A stretch of DNA of 64,000 bases from Longimicrobiales bacterium. GTDB lineage: Bacteria; Gemmatimonadota; Gemmatimonadetes; Longimicrobiales; Gaopeijiaceae. Positions 12,722 to 23,416 of the stretch are shown one piece after another (positions within the stretch are counted from its first letter, which is position 1; every line of letters begins with the position of its first letter). The notes under the pieces are model-generated. The model was not told where the DNA came from, made no database searches, and saw nothing but the letters and a program-made list of their open reading frames with translations. The stretch is from the NCBI GenBank assembly GCA_965197725.1, contig CBDANQ010000059.1, forward strand, positions 96,001 through 160,000, in the 5' to 3' direction. Both the position numbers and the translations under genes were made by a program.

Positions 12722-13375
12722 GTGTCGACGGTCGTCATCCTTCTCGGTCCGCCGGGTGTCGGAAAAGGCTCGCAGGCCGTGCGTCTCGCTGCTGCGATCG
12801 GTGGCGAGCACATCTCTACGGGAGATCTGCTTCGCGCGGCCCGCCGTGACGGCACCGAGCTCGGCCAGCAGGCTCAGGGCTATATGGATGCCGGAGAGCT
12901 CGTTCCCGACGCGCTGATCCTGGACCTCGTTCGCGACCACCTAGGGGGCGTGGCGAGCGAGGCGAGCCTCCTGTTCGACGGCTTCCCACGCACGACCGCT
13001 CAGGCGGACGGACTCGATGCGGTGCTGTCCGATGTGGGTCGGCAGGTCGACCGGATCGTGCTCCTGGAGGCTTCCGACGAGACGCTTCTCAAGCGGCTGA
13101 GCGGGCGGCGGAGCTGCATGGACTGTGGGGCGATCTTCAACGTCCACTTGAACGCCTCGGAGATCGATGGGATCTGCGACCGCTGCAGCGGTCCGCTCAT
13201 CCACAGGATCGATGACGAGCCGGATACGGTGCTCCATCGCCTGAAGGTGTATCAAGAGCAAACGGCACCGCTCGTGGCCCACTACGAAGCGCGTGACGCA
13301 GGCCTGGTTCGGGTCCAGGCCGAACGGGGTATGGAGGACGTGCACGCGGACGTGCGAACCGCTGTTGGCGTGTGA
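12722..13375 (+). CDS. adk: Adenylate kinase (zinc LID)
   Basis: LGPPGVGKGSQ, HISTGDLLR, DGFPRT, CxxC..CxxC LID. Confidence 0.97.
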   Translation: MSTVVILLGPPGVGKGSQAVRLAAAIGGEHISTGDLLRAARRDGTELGQQAQGYMDAGELVPDALILDLVRDHLGGVASEASLLFDGFPRTTAQADGLDAVLSDVGRQVDRIVLLEASDETLLKRLSGRRSCMDCGAIFNVHLNASEIDGICDRCSGPLIHRIDDEPDTVLHRLKVYQEQTAPLVAHYEARDAGLVRVQAERGMEDVHADVRTAVGV

Positions 13376-13381
13376 GTCGCG

Positions 13382-14176
13382 ATGATCCATCTACGGACCC
13401 CCGAGGAGATGAACGCGGTCGGTCGCGGCGGCGCGATCATCGCCGGACTGCTCAGCGAGCTCCACGAGCGAGTTGTTCCGGGCGTCTCGACCCAGGACCT
13501 CGACAGCGTCTGCGATGAGTACATTGTCTCACACCACGGTGCCGTGCCGGCATTCAAGGGCCTGTATGGATTCCCTGGAAGCGTGTGCACCTCGGTGAAC
13601 GAGGAGGTCGTTCACGGCATTCCGAGTGCGAAGCGCGTGCTGCGCGAGGGCGACGTCATTTCAGTCGACGTAGGTGTGAAGGTCGACGGATGGTGCTCCG
13701 ATTCGGCTTGGACATTTCGCGTCGGCGAGGTGAGCGACGAGGTGCAGCGATTGCTAGACGTGACCGAGCGGTCCCTGTGGGCCGCGATCGAGGCTTCCAT
13801 CTCCGGGAATCACGTGGGGGACATCGGTGCGGCGGTCATGCGTACTGTGGACGGAACGAGCTTCGGCATCATCAGGGACCTCGTGGGACACGGCGTGGGA
13901 CGCGACGTGCACGAGGAGCCCCAGGTGCCTAACCACGGACGGGGCGGACACGGTCCGTTGCTGAGGGAGGGGATGGTTTTGGCCATCGAGCCGATGCTCT
14001 CGGCGGGTTCACCGAACATCAGAACCCTCGATGACGGATGGACGGTCGTTACCGCCGACCGAACGACGTCGGCACACTTCGAGCATACCGTCGGAATCAC
14101 CGCGGACGGCCCAAGGGTTCTGACTGTGTCCGGAGCCCCGGTTCATGCGGGTTCTGGCACCCCGAATGGCGCTTGA
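13382..14176 (+). CDS. map: Methionine aminopeptidase type I
   Basis: CTSVNEEVVHGIP, GHGVG..HEEP, AIEPM, SAHFEHT. Confidence 0.97.
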   Translation: MIHLRTPEEMNAVGRGGAIIAGLLSELHERVVPGVSTQDLDSVCDEYIVSHHGAVPAFKGLYGFPGSVCTSVNEEVVHGIPSAKRVLREGDVISVDVGVKVDGWCSDSAWTFRVGEVSDEVQRLLDVTERSLWAAIEASISGNHVGDIGAAVMRTVDGTSFGIIRDLVGHGVGRDVHEEPQVPNHGRGGHGPLLREGMVLAIEPMLSAGSPNIRTLDDGWTVVTADRTTSAHFEHTVGITADGPRVLTVSGAPVHAGSGTPNGA

Positions 14177-14251
14177 AGCCGCACCAGCGCTTGGTTACAT
14201 TATAAAGCTCTGCAACAAACGAACGTGGAGATGTTGAGTGGAGATGTTGAA

Positions 14252-14368
14252 GTGAAGGTTCGAAGCAGCGTAAAGCCGATCTGCGAGCACTGCAAAGTGA
14301 TCCGCCGGAAGGGTGTCGTGCGCGTTATTTGCTCGCGGGATCCTAAGCATAAACAGCGCCAAGGATGA
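14252..14368 (+). CDS. rpmJ: 50S ribosomal protein L36 (below ORF-track cutoff)
   Basis: GTG start; translates [38 protein letters not shown]. Confidence 0.97.
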   Translation: MKVRSSVKPICEHCKVIRRKGVVRVICSRDPKHKQRQG

Positions 14369-14410
14369 TGAGCGACGTGAAATCGCGAGAAAAGAGGCAA
14401 AGCGTAGAAC

Positions 14411-14790
14411 GTGGCACGTATCGCCGGCGTTGACCTTCCGCGTGGGAAGAGAATCGAAGTCGCCCTGACGTACATCTACGGGATCGGCGCGATGCGCGCG
14501 AAGGAGATCATCCGGGAGTGTGGCGTCGACGCGGACCGGCGCACCCAGGACCTCGACGACGATGATGTGAACCGCCTCCGTCGGCAGATCGAGGGGAACT
14601 ACAAGGTCGAGGGCACGCTGCGCACCGAGACCTCCATGAACATCAAGCGTCTCATGGACATCGGTTGCTACCGGGGACTCCGGCACCGGCGCGGTTTACC
14701 CGTGAGGGGTCAGCGGACGCATACCAACGCGCGCACGCACAAGGGCTCCAAAGATCCATAGCGGGAAAGAAAAAGCCGCCGAAGAAGTAA
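14411..14790 (+). CDS. rpsM: 30S ribosomal protein S13 with apparent 1-nt frameshift near 14750
   Basis: [30 protein letters not shown] stops at 14761, but one extra A in the run at 14750-14752 gives the typical basic tail [13 protein letters not shown] ending 14790. Confidence 0.93.
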
Positions 14791-14856
14791 GCGGCCCGAC
14801 AGGCTCGCTGAGCCGGCGTATCACTCGATGCGGCGTCACCCGAGGCACCAACTAAC

Positions 14857-15246
14857 GTGGCAAATCCAAAGACCCGTACCAAGCGCTCGAAGAAGGTCGT
14901 AGAAGCTGAAGGTGTCGCTCACATCAAAGCGACCTTCAACAACACGATCATCACAATCGCCGACAACCAAGGGAACGTCATCGTGTGGGCCAGCGCCGGA
15001 AAGGCCGGCTTCAAGGGCTCCAAGAAGTCGACCCCGTTTGCTGCCACCGTAGCTGCCGAACAGGTGGGACGTGAGGCCGTCGGCATGGGCGTGAAGCGCC
15101 TCGACGTGCGTGTCCAGGGCCCCGGCTCCGGCCGTGAGTCCGCAATCCAGGCGCTCGCCGCCGTGGGTCTCCAGATCAAGTCCATCCAAGACGTGACGCC
15201 GCTGCCGCACAACGGGTGTCGGCCGCCGAAGAAGCGTCGCGTCTAG
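14857..15246 (+). CDS. rpsK: 30S ribosomal protein S11
   Basis: [36 protein letters not shown]. Confidence 0.98.
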   Translation: MANPKTRTKRSKKVVEAEGVAHIKATFNNTIITIADNQGNVIVWASAGKAGFKGSKKSTPFAATVAAEQVGREAVGMGVKRLDVRVQGPGSGRESAIQALAAVGLQIKSIQDVTPLPHNGCRPPKKRRV

Positions 15247-15275
15247 TCGTGTCCGAGAGGGAATACCACTAGGCC

Positions 15276-15911
15276 ATGGCTCGTAATACCGGTCCGATTT
15301 GTAAGCTTTGCCGCCGAGAAGGCCAGAAGCTCTTCTTGAAGGGGCAGAAGTGTTACACCGAAAAGTGCCCCGTCGAGCGGCGCCAGTACCCGCCGGGTCA
15401 GCACGGCCCCGCGCAGGCTCGCCGACGCAAGCAGTCCGACTACGCTGTTCAGCTCCGAGAGAAGCAGAAGGTGAAGCGGATCTATGGGCTGCATGAGAAG
15501 CAGTTCCGCGCGCTCTTCGAGCGCGCTGCTCATGTCCCGGGCATCACCGGCGCGAACCTCATCGTTTCGCTCGAGACGCGCCTCGACAACATCGTCTTCC
15601 GCATGGGCTTCGCGGTCAGTCGTAGCGCGGCACGGCAGCTCGTGCGGCACCGTCATGTAGAGGTGAACGGCCGCATCGTCGACGTCCCGAGCTTCCACGT
15701 GAAGGCGGGCGACGAGATCGCGGTGAAGGCCAAGTCGAAAGACATCGTGCCCGTGCAGGGGGCTCTCGAGGCGCGGACGCGTCCGGCGCTGGCAGATTGG
15801 CTCGCGCTCGACGAGAGGGCGCGTGTGGGCCGCTTGGTTCGCGAACCGACCCGCGCGGACATCCCGCTGGCGGCGTGGGAACAGCTCATCGTCGAGCTCT
15901 ACTCGAAATGA
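15276..15911 (+). CDS. rpsD: 30S ribosomal protein S4
   Basis: CKLCRREG, QLREKQK, LETRLDNIV, LIVELYSK. Confidence 0.98.
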   Translation: MARNTGPICKLCRREGQKLFLKGQKCYTEKCPVERRQYPPGQHGPAQARRRKQSDYAVQLREKQKVKRIYGLHEKQFRALFERAAHVPGITGANLIVSLETRLDNIVFRMGFAVSRSAARQLVRHRHVEVNGRIVDVPSFHVKAGDEIAVKAKSKDIVPVQGALEARTRPALADWLALDERARVGRLVREPTRADIPLAAWEQLIVELYSK

Positions 15912-15969
15912 CCCGATCGCGGGGATTCGTTCGGCGGATCCTGGCGTCCTAGGCTAAGCAGGAGGCAAC

Positions 15970-17013
15970 GTGGAATTAGATCTCACCGGACTGGTACTCC
16001 CCGAGCGCATCGAGAGCATCGGGGATCCGGGCGACACCCGTAATGCCCGCTTCGTGATCGAGCCGCTCGAGCGCGGCTTCGGCCATACGCTGGGCAACTC
16101 CATGCGTCGTGTACTGCTGTCGTCACTGCGCGGTTCAGCGGTGTGGGGCTTCCGCCTCGACAGCGTGGTACATGAGCACCAGACGCTCGCAGGCGTGGTC
16201 GAAGACGTTCATCAGGTCATCCAGAACCTGAAGGCGCTCGCCGTCACGCTGGACGACGACGTCGACGATGCGGTTCTCCACATCCGCGTCAGTAAGACGG
16301 GTCCCGTCACGGCTAGTGACATTCAGCCAACGGCCGGAGCGACGATCATGGAGCCGGATCACCATCTGTTCACGCTCCAGGAGAAGCGCGAGGTCAACCT
16401 GGAGATGCACGTGAACAAGGGTCGCGGCTTCGTGCTCGCGGATGCGCACCCCATTCCGCGGGGCGCCCCAGTGGACCTCGTACGTATCGACTCGATCTAC
16501 AACCCGGTCCGCCGCGCGAACTTCACGGTCGAGGAGACCCGCGTGGGTCAGCGCACCGATTTCGATCGTCTGACCCTTCATATCGAGACCGATGGCTCGG
16601 TCGATCCGGAGCGTGCGGTGGCGTACGCCGCCGAGCTCGTTCGCAAGCACCTCGAGTACATGCTCTACTTCGGTGAGGGTGGCATTCCCGAGGTCGCGCC
16701 TCCCGGAGCGGTCGCGGTTTCCGATCGCCTGCAGAACCTGTTCGAGCGGCCCATCGAGGATCTTGCGGAACTGTCCGTGCGCTCGCGAAACTCGCTGCAG
16801 AAGGAGAACATCCAGACGCTGGGTGATCTCGTGCAGCGCTCGGAGGACGACATGTTGCAGATCGAAAACTTCGGCAAGAAATCGCTCAAGGAGATCTCCG
16901 ACTTCTTGGAGGAGCATACGCTCCGCTTTGGCATGCAGCTCGAGGAGGGCGAGGACGGACGCCTTTTCTTCGTGGAGGAGGAAGCCGAGGCCGCAGCGGC
17001 CGGGGAGCAGTAG
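15970..17013 (+). CDS. rpoA: DNA-directed RNA polymerase subunit alpha
   Basis: [38 protein letters not shown]. Confidence 0.98.
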   Translation: MELDLTGLVLPERIESIGDPGDTRNARFVIEPLERGFGHTLGNSMRRVLLSSLRGSAVWGFRLDSVVHEHQTLAGVVEDVHQVIQNLKALAVTLDDDVDDAVLHIRVSKTGPVTASDIQPTAGATIMEPDHHLFTLQEKREVNLEMHVNKGRGFVLADAHPIPRGAPVDLVRIDSIYNPVRRANFTVEETRVGQRTDFDRLTLHIETDGSVDPERAVAYAAELVRKHLEYMLYFGEGGIPEVAPPGAVAVSDRLQNLFERPIEDLAELSVRSRNSLQKENIQTLGDLVQRSEDDMLQIENFGKKSLKEISDFLEEHTLRFGMQLEEGEDGRLFFVEEEAEAAAAGEQ

Positions 17014-17015
17014 CC

Positions 17016-17369
17016 GTGCGGCATCGCAAGAAGGGGAGGAAGCTCTCCCGTACCCCAAGCCACAAGAGGGCGACCATGCGCAACATGGCCACGTCGCTGT
17101 TTCGTCACGAGAGAATCGAGACGACCACAGCCAAGGCCAAGGAACTCCGTCCGTACGCCGAGCGTCTCATCACGCTCGCGCGCCGTGGGGACCTGCATGC
17201 ACGTCGCCTTGCCGCGACTAAGATCCAAGATCGTGAAGTACTAGGGAAGCTGTTCGGCGATATCGCTCCGCGTTTCGCGGAGCATCCGGGTGGCTATACA
17301 CGCATCCTGAAGCTGGGCCATCGGAAGGGTGACGCGGCGGAGATGTCGCTCATCGAGCTCGTCAGCTAG
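17016..17369 (+). CDS. rplQ: 50S ribosomal protein L17
   Basis: [30 protein letters not shown]. Confidence 0.98.
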   Translation: MRHRKKGRKLSRTPSHKRATMRNMATSLFRHERIETTTAKAKELRPYAERLITLARRGDLHARRLAATKIQDREVLGKLFGDIAPRFAEHPGGYTRILKLGHRKGDAAEMSLIELVS

Positions 17370-17418
17370 TTTGTCGAGTGTTTCCGGCGGACAAACTCAA
17401 ACTGGACAGGATTTCGGA

Positions 17419-17980
17419 CATGCTGGACAACGCTTCCCGACGCGGCGCTGCCGAGCTGAGCACTCTACTGATGTTCATGGCGTTCGCGGCCATCGGTGGT
17501 TTCATGTTTTGGCTCATGGGTGAGTCGGACGCGCAGCGCGAGCTCCGACTCGTGGAAGACACCACCGAGGTCGCCACCGACGATCTCGGTACGGCGACCA
17601 CGGTCGCCGCGGTGGACCTTCAGACGGATCCCACGCCGTTCGAGGGTCAGAACATCCGCATAGCGGGGCTTAGCGTGGCGGGCACGCTCGGGTCACAGGG
17701 CTTCTGGCTTCAACTGCCCAACCGCAATCCGTTCCTCGTCTCGATGTCTGAGCAGGTGATGGCCGAGGGGCTGGATCTTTCAGTGGGCAGGCCCGCCACG
17801 GTGATCGGCGTCGTGTACGCGGTGGGTGACTCAGCTCTGACCGCCTGGGCTGAGGCGGGGACGATCAGCGAGGGCGACCGGCTCGCGGCCGAGTTCGCCA
17901 CCCACTTCGTGGAAGCGAATCAGGTCGTGGTCGCGGCCGGGTCCGGCGGCGACGGCAACGCGCCTGGCGACGGTAACTAG
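17419..17980 (+). CDS. Hypothetical protein with N-terminal TM helix and acidic, possibly OB-fold domain
   Basis: Single hydrophobic segment [17 protein letters not shown]; coding-like codon use; start uncertain (17378 or 17419). Confidence 0.7.
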
Positions 17981-18045
17981 AGGTTCTGTTTATCAGTGGG
18001 TGGATGCATCGCCGCCCCGGCTGGGGAAAATCAAGGAAGCTTCAG

Positions 18046-18255
18046 ATGGCTAGAGTTTGCTACGTGTGTAACAAAGGCCCGGCAACGGGCAACAACGTGA
18101 GTCACGCGCACAACAAAACGCGGCGCCGCTGGCTTCCGAACCTTCAGACGTTCAAGATCGTCGACGAGAAGGGCGTGCGCCGTCGCGTGCGGGTGTGCAC
18201 GCGGTGCATCTCGGCGGGGAAGGTTACGAAGGCTCCGGCGGTGGTGGGGGGGTAG
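18046..18255 (+). CDS. rpmB: 50S ribosomal protein L28
   Basis: [36 protein letters not shown]. Confidence 0.96.
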   Translation: MARVCYVCNKGPATGNNVSHAHNKTRRRWLPNLQTFKIVDEKGVRRRVRVCTRCISAGKVTKAPAVVGG

Positions 18256-18260
18256 GGGGG

Positions 18261-19241
18261 CTACTGGCGGTTGCTGCTTGGTTGTGAGAGAGCCTCCCTG
18301 GTAGGTTGCTGGGGAGGCTCTTGGTTTGCCCCTCGACTACGGGTGCTATCAGCTCTTCGGGAGAGGCAGTGCCAGAAGGGTGCGTACTCCGAGAAACGCA
18401 CGCGTTCCATCCCTGCGGCGGCCAGCATGTCGGCGATCTCCACCTTTTTGAAGCGCTGCTCGAGGGGGGTGCCGAACCGATCCAAGGCATCGTTGCGGAT
18501 GATGCGGAGGCTCTTGTTACGGTAATAGCCGAGCGGGAGTCGCGCGGCAAGCGGGGCGTTGACCTTGGCGACCATGCGTGCCACCGACACCAAGGGTAGG
18601 TAGACACTCATCGCCAACACGTCGGCTGCGCATCGCTTTGCCGGGGCTGGCAGTCCCGAAACGAAGCGCCTGACGAGGTCTGTAACGGCGAACATGGCTC
18701 TGTATCCGGCGCCGCGGTTGTCGAGCGAGTAGTAGAGGTAGAGGAGAAGGTGGCCGCCCGGTCGGATCTTTCGTGTCAGAGCGCGTAGGGCTCCGGCCGT
18801 ATCGGGAACGTGATGAAGGACGCCGAGGCAGATCACCACGTCGAACGTCTCATCGTGGAACGGGATGATATCGATCGCGGCCTGTGTAAACCGGACATTC
18901 GACAGGCCTCGATGTTGGTCTGCGGCGACGAAGACTGCGCTGCTAGGGTCGATCGCCTCCACCCGCCCGACACGCGGTGCCAAGAATCGACTCCAGCGGC
19001 CGGAGCCACAACCGGCGTCGAGTACCGTGGTCTCCCGGGTGAGAAGTTCCGGCGGCACTACGTCGAAGTACTCCTTGCCGGCGCCCTCGATCTCGTCGTC
19101 GCTGAACTCGCGGAACTTGCTCCACTCGGCACCGAAAGAAGCCACAGTGCTCGGGTCCACGTTCGTCGCCCCCGTGAAGCAGGCGACCGTGACCCCGCCC
19201 GCTTCATGGACACGGTCGGGCTCGGTCGAGTATGCGATCAC
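18261..19241 (-). CDS. Class I SAM-dependent methyltransferase
   Basis: VLDAGCGSGRW motif I, FDVVICLGVLHH; start uncertain (ORF open to 19313). Confidence 0.85.
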   Translation of the reverse strand: MIAYSTEPDRVHEAGGVTVACFTGATNVDPSTVASFGAEWSKFREFSDDEIEGAGKEYFDVVPPELLTRETTVLDAGCGSGRWSRFLAPRVGRVEAIDPSSAVFVAADQHRGLSNVRFTQAAIDIIPFHDETFDVVICLGVLHHVPDTAGALRALTRKIRPGGHLLLYLYYSLDNRGAGYRAMFAVTDLVRRFVSGLPAPAKRCAADVLAMSVYLPLVSVARMVAKVNAPLAARLPLGYYRNKSLRIIRNDALDRFGTPLEQRFKKVEIADMLAAAGMERVRFSEYAPFWHCLSRRADSTRSRGANQEPPQQPTREALSQPSSNRQ

Positions 19242-19584
19242 TCCTCGAGCCAAAACGGCGGCATGTCTGGTCCTCCGTGCCAACTGGTTCCGCCCAGCGT
19301 TCACTGTCCGCACCGATGTCCAGCATCCCTACAGTAGCCGGGACGTCATGCGGCACAAGCTGGTCCGTACCGTCAGGCTTCCCTAACCGTCGCCACGGTC
19401 GACTCGATCCCGGGTCGGTAGCAGGGCTGAGCGTGGCGAGCACGCGAGCCCCACTTGTCCGAAAGATTCTGAAGCTCAACAGTTCTAACTTGATGGCATT
19501 GCCGAACAACCGCACAAGAAACCGTTTTCAGTCCGCGAGCGATCGAAGGAGATGATTAAAGGCCCGGTTTTCAATCCGCTTCTT

Positions 19585-20856
19585 TGACCTGACCCCCTGA
19601 AACGAGACCAGGTGCAATGTTAGGATCGAGCTGGTCTGAAGCTTTTCAGCGAGGAGGTCAGGATGGGAAGGAAGCGACACACTCCGGAGCAGATCATCAC
19701 TGCACTGCGGGAGGCAGAGGTCGGTCTGGCCCGCGGCAAATCCGTGAAGCTGATCAGCCGGGAGCTCGGCATCACCGAGCAGACGTACTACCGGTGGAGG
19801 CGGGAGTACGGCGGGATGAAGGTGAGCCAGGCACGGCGCCTGAAGGAGCTCGAGCGCGAGAACGGGCGCCTGAAGCGAGCAGTGGCGGACTTGACACTGG
19901 ACAAGCTGATCCTGGAGGAAGCAGCCGAGGGAAACTTCTGAGCCCCGAGCGCCGACGACGTTGTGTGGTGCGTGTACGTCAGCAGCTCGGGGCGTCGGAG
20001 AGGAGAGCGTGCCGGGTGCTCGGGCAGCCACGCACGACCCAGCGCCGGGCGAGGAAAGTGGCGAGTGACGAGGGGGCGCTCCGAGGTGATATCGTGCGAC
20101 TCGCGAGTCGATTTCGGCCGCTACGGCTACCGACGCGTCACGGACATGCTCCGCATCGAGGGCTGGGGGGTGAACCACAAGCGGGTGGAGCGGATCTGGA
20201 GGCAGGAGGGGCTGAAGGTCCCGCAGCGGCAGCCGAAGCGAGGTCGGCTGTGGCTCAACGACGGATCGTGCATCCGGCTGAGGCCGCTGTATCGGGGCCA
20301 CGTCTGGTCGTACGACTTCGTGGCCTCGAGGACGCACGACGGGCGTGCGCTGAAGCTGCTGACAGTGCTGGACGAGCACACGAGGGAGTGCCTGGCGATC
20401 GTGGTGGCTCGCAAGATCCGCTCGCACGACGTGCTCGAGGTGCTGGCCGATCTGTTCGTCCGACACGGGCCTCCCGAGTATCTGAGGTCGGACAACGGAG
20501 CGGAGTTCACCGCGAAGCTCGTGCGGCGGTGGTGGGGGCGCGTGGGCGTCGAGACGCTCTTTATCGAGCCGGGCAGCCCGTGGGAGAACGGCTACAACGA
20601 GAGCTTCAACGGCAAGCTCAGGGACGAGCTGTTGAACGGGGAGATCTTCTACTCGTTGGCGGAGGCGGCCGTGCTGGTCGAGCAATGGAGGCGCGAGTAC
20701 AATACCGTCCGACCCCACAGCGCCTGCGGCGGCTTTCCCCCGGCCCCTGAGGCGATTAAGCCGTCGCCCTGGTTCTTGAGGATGCCCGTCCTTCACGGCC
20801 CTCCACAGGTGCTGGGACTAACATAGGATGTGGTACCCGCTCTTGGGGGCAGGTCA
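19585..20856 (+). mobile_element. IS3-family element type A, copy 1 (orfA 19663-19941; orfB has an extra T near 20113)
   Basis: TGACCTG...CAGGTCA ends; orfA HTH ending AEGNF with G-GGA-AAC slippery heptamer and downstream GCCCCGAGC/GCTCGGGGC stem; orfB DDE (WSYDF, SDNG, ESFNG). Confidence 0.95.
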
Positions 20857-20984
20857 AAGCATGCGGGGTCGGCGCTCGCGGGCGCCGCTGTTTGCTTTGT
20901 GTGCCTATGGTGTGCCGGGATCTTGATGGTCTCGGTCACGGCGCTGTCCTAGTCTAGCGATTCAAAAGTCTCATTGCACGACGG

Positions 20985-21642
20985 CGTCCTGTTCCAATAC
21001 TCGATCGACCGGTCAAGCAGCTTCTCGGTAGTAATGGCTGGCATGTGCGGCAACCGCTCCGGCGCGGGCCCAATCCCACACTCCTTCAGAAGCCGCCGAA
21101 CCGTCGATCGCGAAACCCTGTGGCCCAGCTTCGACAATTCACCAACGATCCGCGTGTAGCCCCAGCTCTCGTTCTCGCTCGCCATGCGTGCCGTGAGCGA
21201 GCGGATCTCGGCAGCTACCGGTGGCCGACCGGGGCCACGAAGGGCGCTTCCGTCAAATTTCCGTGCGCTCAACTCCCTGTGCCATCGCAGAATCGTGTCC
21301 GGCGTCACGACACAGTCGAGATCCCTCAGCGCACTTCGCCCGAGTGCCCTCCCCTTCCTGGCGAGCCTCCTCCGCTGATCATCCGTGAACCGCAACCGTT
21401 TCTTGCCGTGCAGTTCACGCAGCACGCGGTTCTCTTCCGTCAGGTATGCACTAATGATTCGCTGCTGTTCGTTCATCCGACCAACAAGCGTCACCAGCAG
21501 CATCTGCCAAGGCGCGTTCAACGTCCCTCAACTCATCAGGTCCAAAAAAAGTTCAATGTCGACCGAGAATGACATGGCAGAGGTCAACCTAACCCCCTGT
21601 AAACTCATCGTTTAACGATCGGCTGAGTTTTGGAACAGGACG
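20985..21642 (-). mobile_element. Internally deleted IS (HTH/integrase-core transposase N-terminus only)
   Basis: 17/18 terminal IR CGTCCTGTTCCAA(T/A)ACTC; ORF 20949-21521 with VTPDTILRWHREL and WGYTRIVGELSKLG but no DDE part. Confidence 0.75.
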
Positions 21643-21761
21643 GGGTTAAACGCTCAACCTACCGCCGACGATCACCACGCCTTCCACGAAGACGCAAAGC
21701 CAGGGGATGTGAGGTTTCAATTTCCCATTCCGCTGGCGAAGCTCGCGAGGCGCGCCATCAA

Positions 21762-23135
21762 CTACAGCCCCCGTAGCCACAAAATCACGAACGCGCCGTA
21801 GAAGAGCGACGTGGCCACCAGGCACGCTCGCCGCCACGTTGGCGGCCGCAGGGCCTCGGGCAACAGTCGCGTATTGATGTAGAGCAGGTGCAGGGACGAC
21901 ACCACGAAGACAATGCCCGCCATGTTCGCGCCCAACTGAAGGAGCACGATCGGCTGAGCGAGCCGTAGAGCGGTGATGCCCCAGAGCGTGATCGCGACCA
22001 GCACGCTGTAGTAGACCACCCTGACGTCGCCACCCCTCCAAGCACGGACGCGCCTGCTCCCCGTCCAGAGTAGGTCCGTAACAGCCCGTGTCATGCCGTC
22101 GAGGACATCGAGCTGCGTCTTGAACAACACCCAGACGGCCAACAGCGCGATGACGCCACCGTAGGCCGCCCCGGCCCGGGTTGCCATGGCGTCCGCCAGG
22201 GCGGCCGCCACCGACAGCCCTCGGATGTCGGTTCCGAACTCGATGAACGTGACGTAGAGCAGCGCAGGAAGCAGCATTCCGAGTATCGAGCCGACGAAGT
22301 ATATGCCCCACTGGTCGGCCCTCACGATGCGCCACCAACCGCGCCACCGCTGCATCGCCTCGGGAGTTACGGCGAAGGTGTATCCCGTATGGGCGAGCTC
22401 GACCTTCTTCCCGCCGACTACGGCCGGGATGTAGCCCACGAGGCTGCCCATGCCGTACCCCTTGTCCCGGGCCCAGTTGGACAGCGTGAGGTTCGTGACG
22501 CCGCCGGCACCGGAATAGGCCGCGAACGCTCCGATCAGGAAGTAGTCTGCACCGCTCGGCATCAGGCGGAAGCTCGTGGTGGCCGGGTCGTAGCCGACCA
22601 GTCCGGTGACCCCTGCGATCCACGTGTCGGGCGATACGAACATCACGGCCAGCACGAAGAAGCTGCCCAGGATGATCGCGACGAGGATCCAGTTCAGAAT
22701 CTCGAGCGTGCGCTCGATACGTCTCCCGAACAGAAGGATCGCGACGCACACGACGAACGTGCCTACCCCGAGCCAGTACACCACGCTCGCGTGCTCCGGC
22801 CCCGCCAGATCCCGGGCGAAGAGGAAGAAGACCGCGCCCGCCGCGGCCCCGGCCCAGCCGGGCCACCCGAGCTGGAGAAAGTAGAGGCCGGCGTAGAACC
22901 ACCCCCAGAAGGGGGCCGACGGCTTCGTGCGCATGAAGCCGATGCACACGGGCTCTCCGGTCGCGATCGTCCACCGCATCAGCTCGGTGTTCAGGACGGT
23001 CTGCAGGAAGGCCGCGACCAGCGTCACCCAGAGAAGGGTCAGGCCGTACTGCACGAACGCGGCCGGTCCGAGCAGGAACTCGCCACTCCCGATGGACGAA
23101 CCCAGGACGATGACGCCCGGGCCTACCACCCCCAT
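21762..23135 (-). CDS. Nramp-like (APC fold) membrane transporter
   Basis: VGPGVIVLGSSIGSGEFLLGP N-terminal motif and many TM segments; frame stays open upstream, start uncertain. Confidence 0.8.
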   Translation of the reverse strand: MGVVGPGVIVLGSSIGSGEFLLGPAAFVQYGLTLLWVTLVAAFLQTVLNTELMRWTIATGEPVCIGFMRTKPSAPFWGWFYAGLYFLQLGWPGWAGAAAGAVFFLFARDLAGPEHASVVYWLGVGTFVVCVAILLFGRRIERTLEILNWILVAIILGSFFVLAVMFVSPDTWIAGVTGLVGYDPATTSFRLMPSGADYFLIGAFAAYSGAGGVTNLTLSNWARDKGYGMGSLVGYIPAVVGGKKVELAHTGYTFAVTPEAMQRWRGWWRIVRADQWGIYFVGSILGMLLPALLYVTFIEFGTDIRGLSVAAALADAMATRAGAAYGGVIALLAVWVLFKTQLDVLDGMTRAVTDLLWTGSRRVRAWRGGDVRVVYYSVLVAITLWGITALRLAQPIVLLQLGANMAGIVFVVSSLHLLYINTRLLPEALRPPTWRRACLVATSLFYGAFVILWLRGL

Positions 23136-23416
23136 CCAGGCCAGGCCCTTCGGGCGAGGCGGGGCGGGAAGCTCCCCCTCCTGCCAGGGGTCGAGTCCCG
23201 AGCGGGCCTCGAGGGGGATCGAGACTTCAGTACCCCCGCTGTAGGTCGACCACGTTCAACATCCTCTCGCCCAGAACATACCGGCGGAGGTTCTCGCGGC
23301 AGGACCTCGAGGCCGAAGATGCCCGAGAACCCCAGCGTTTCCTGGTCGTCGTGAACTGGTTCGAGGAGCTTCGGCAGCGGATGGGCAATTGAGCAGTGCC
23401 GTGACGGGTGATCTCC

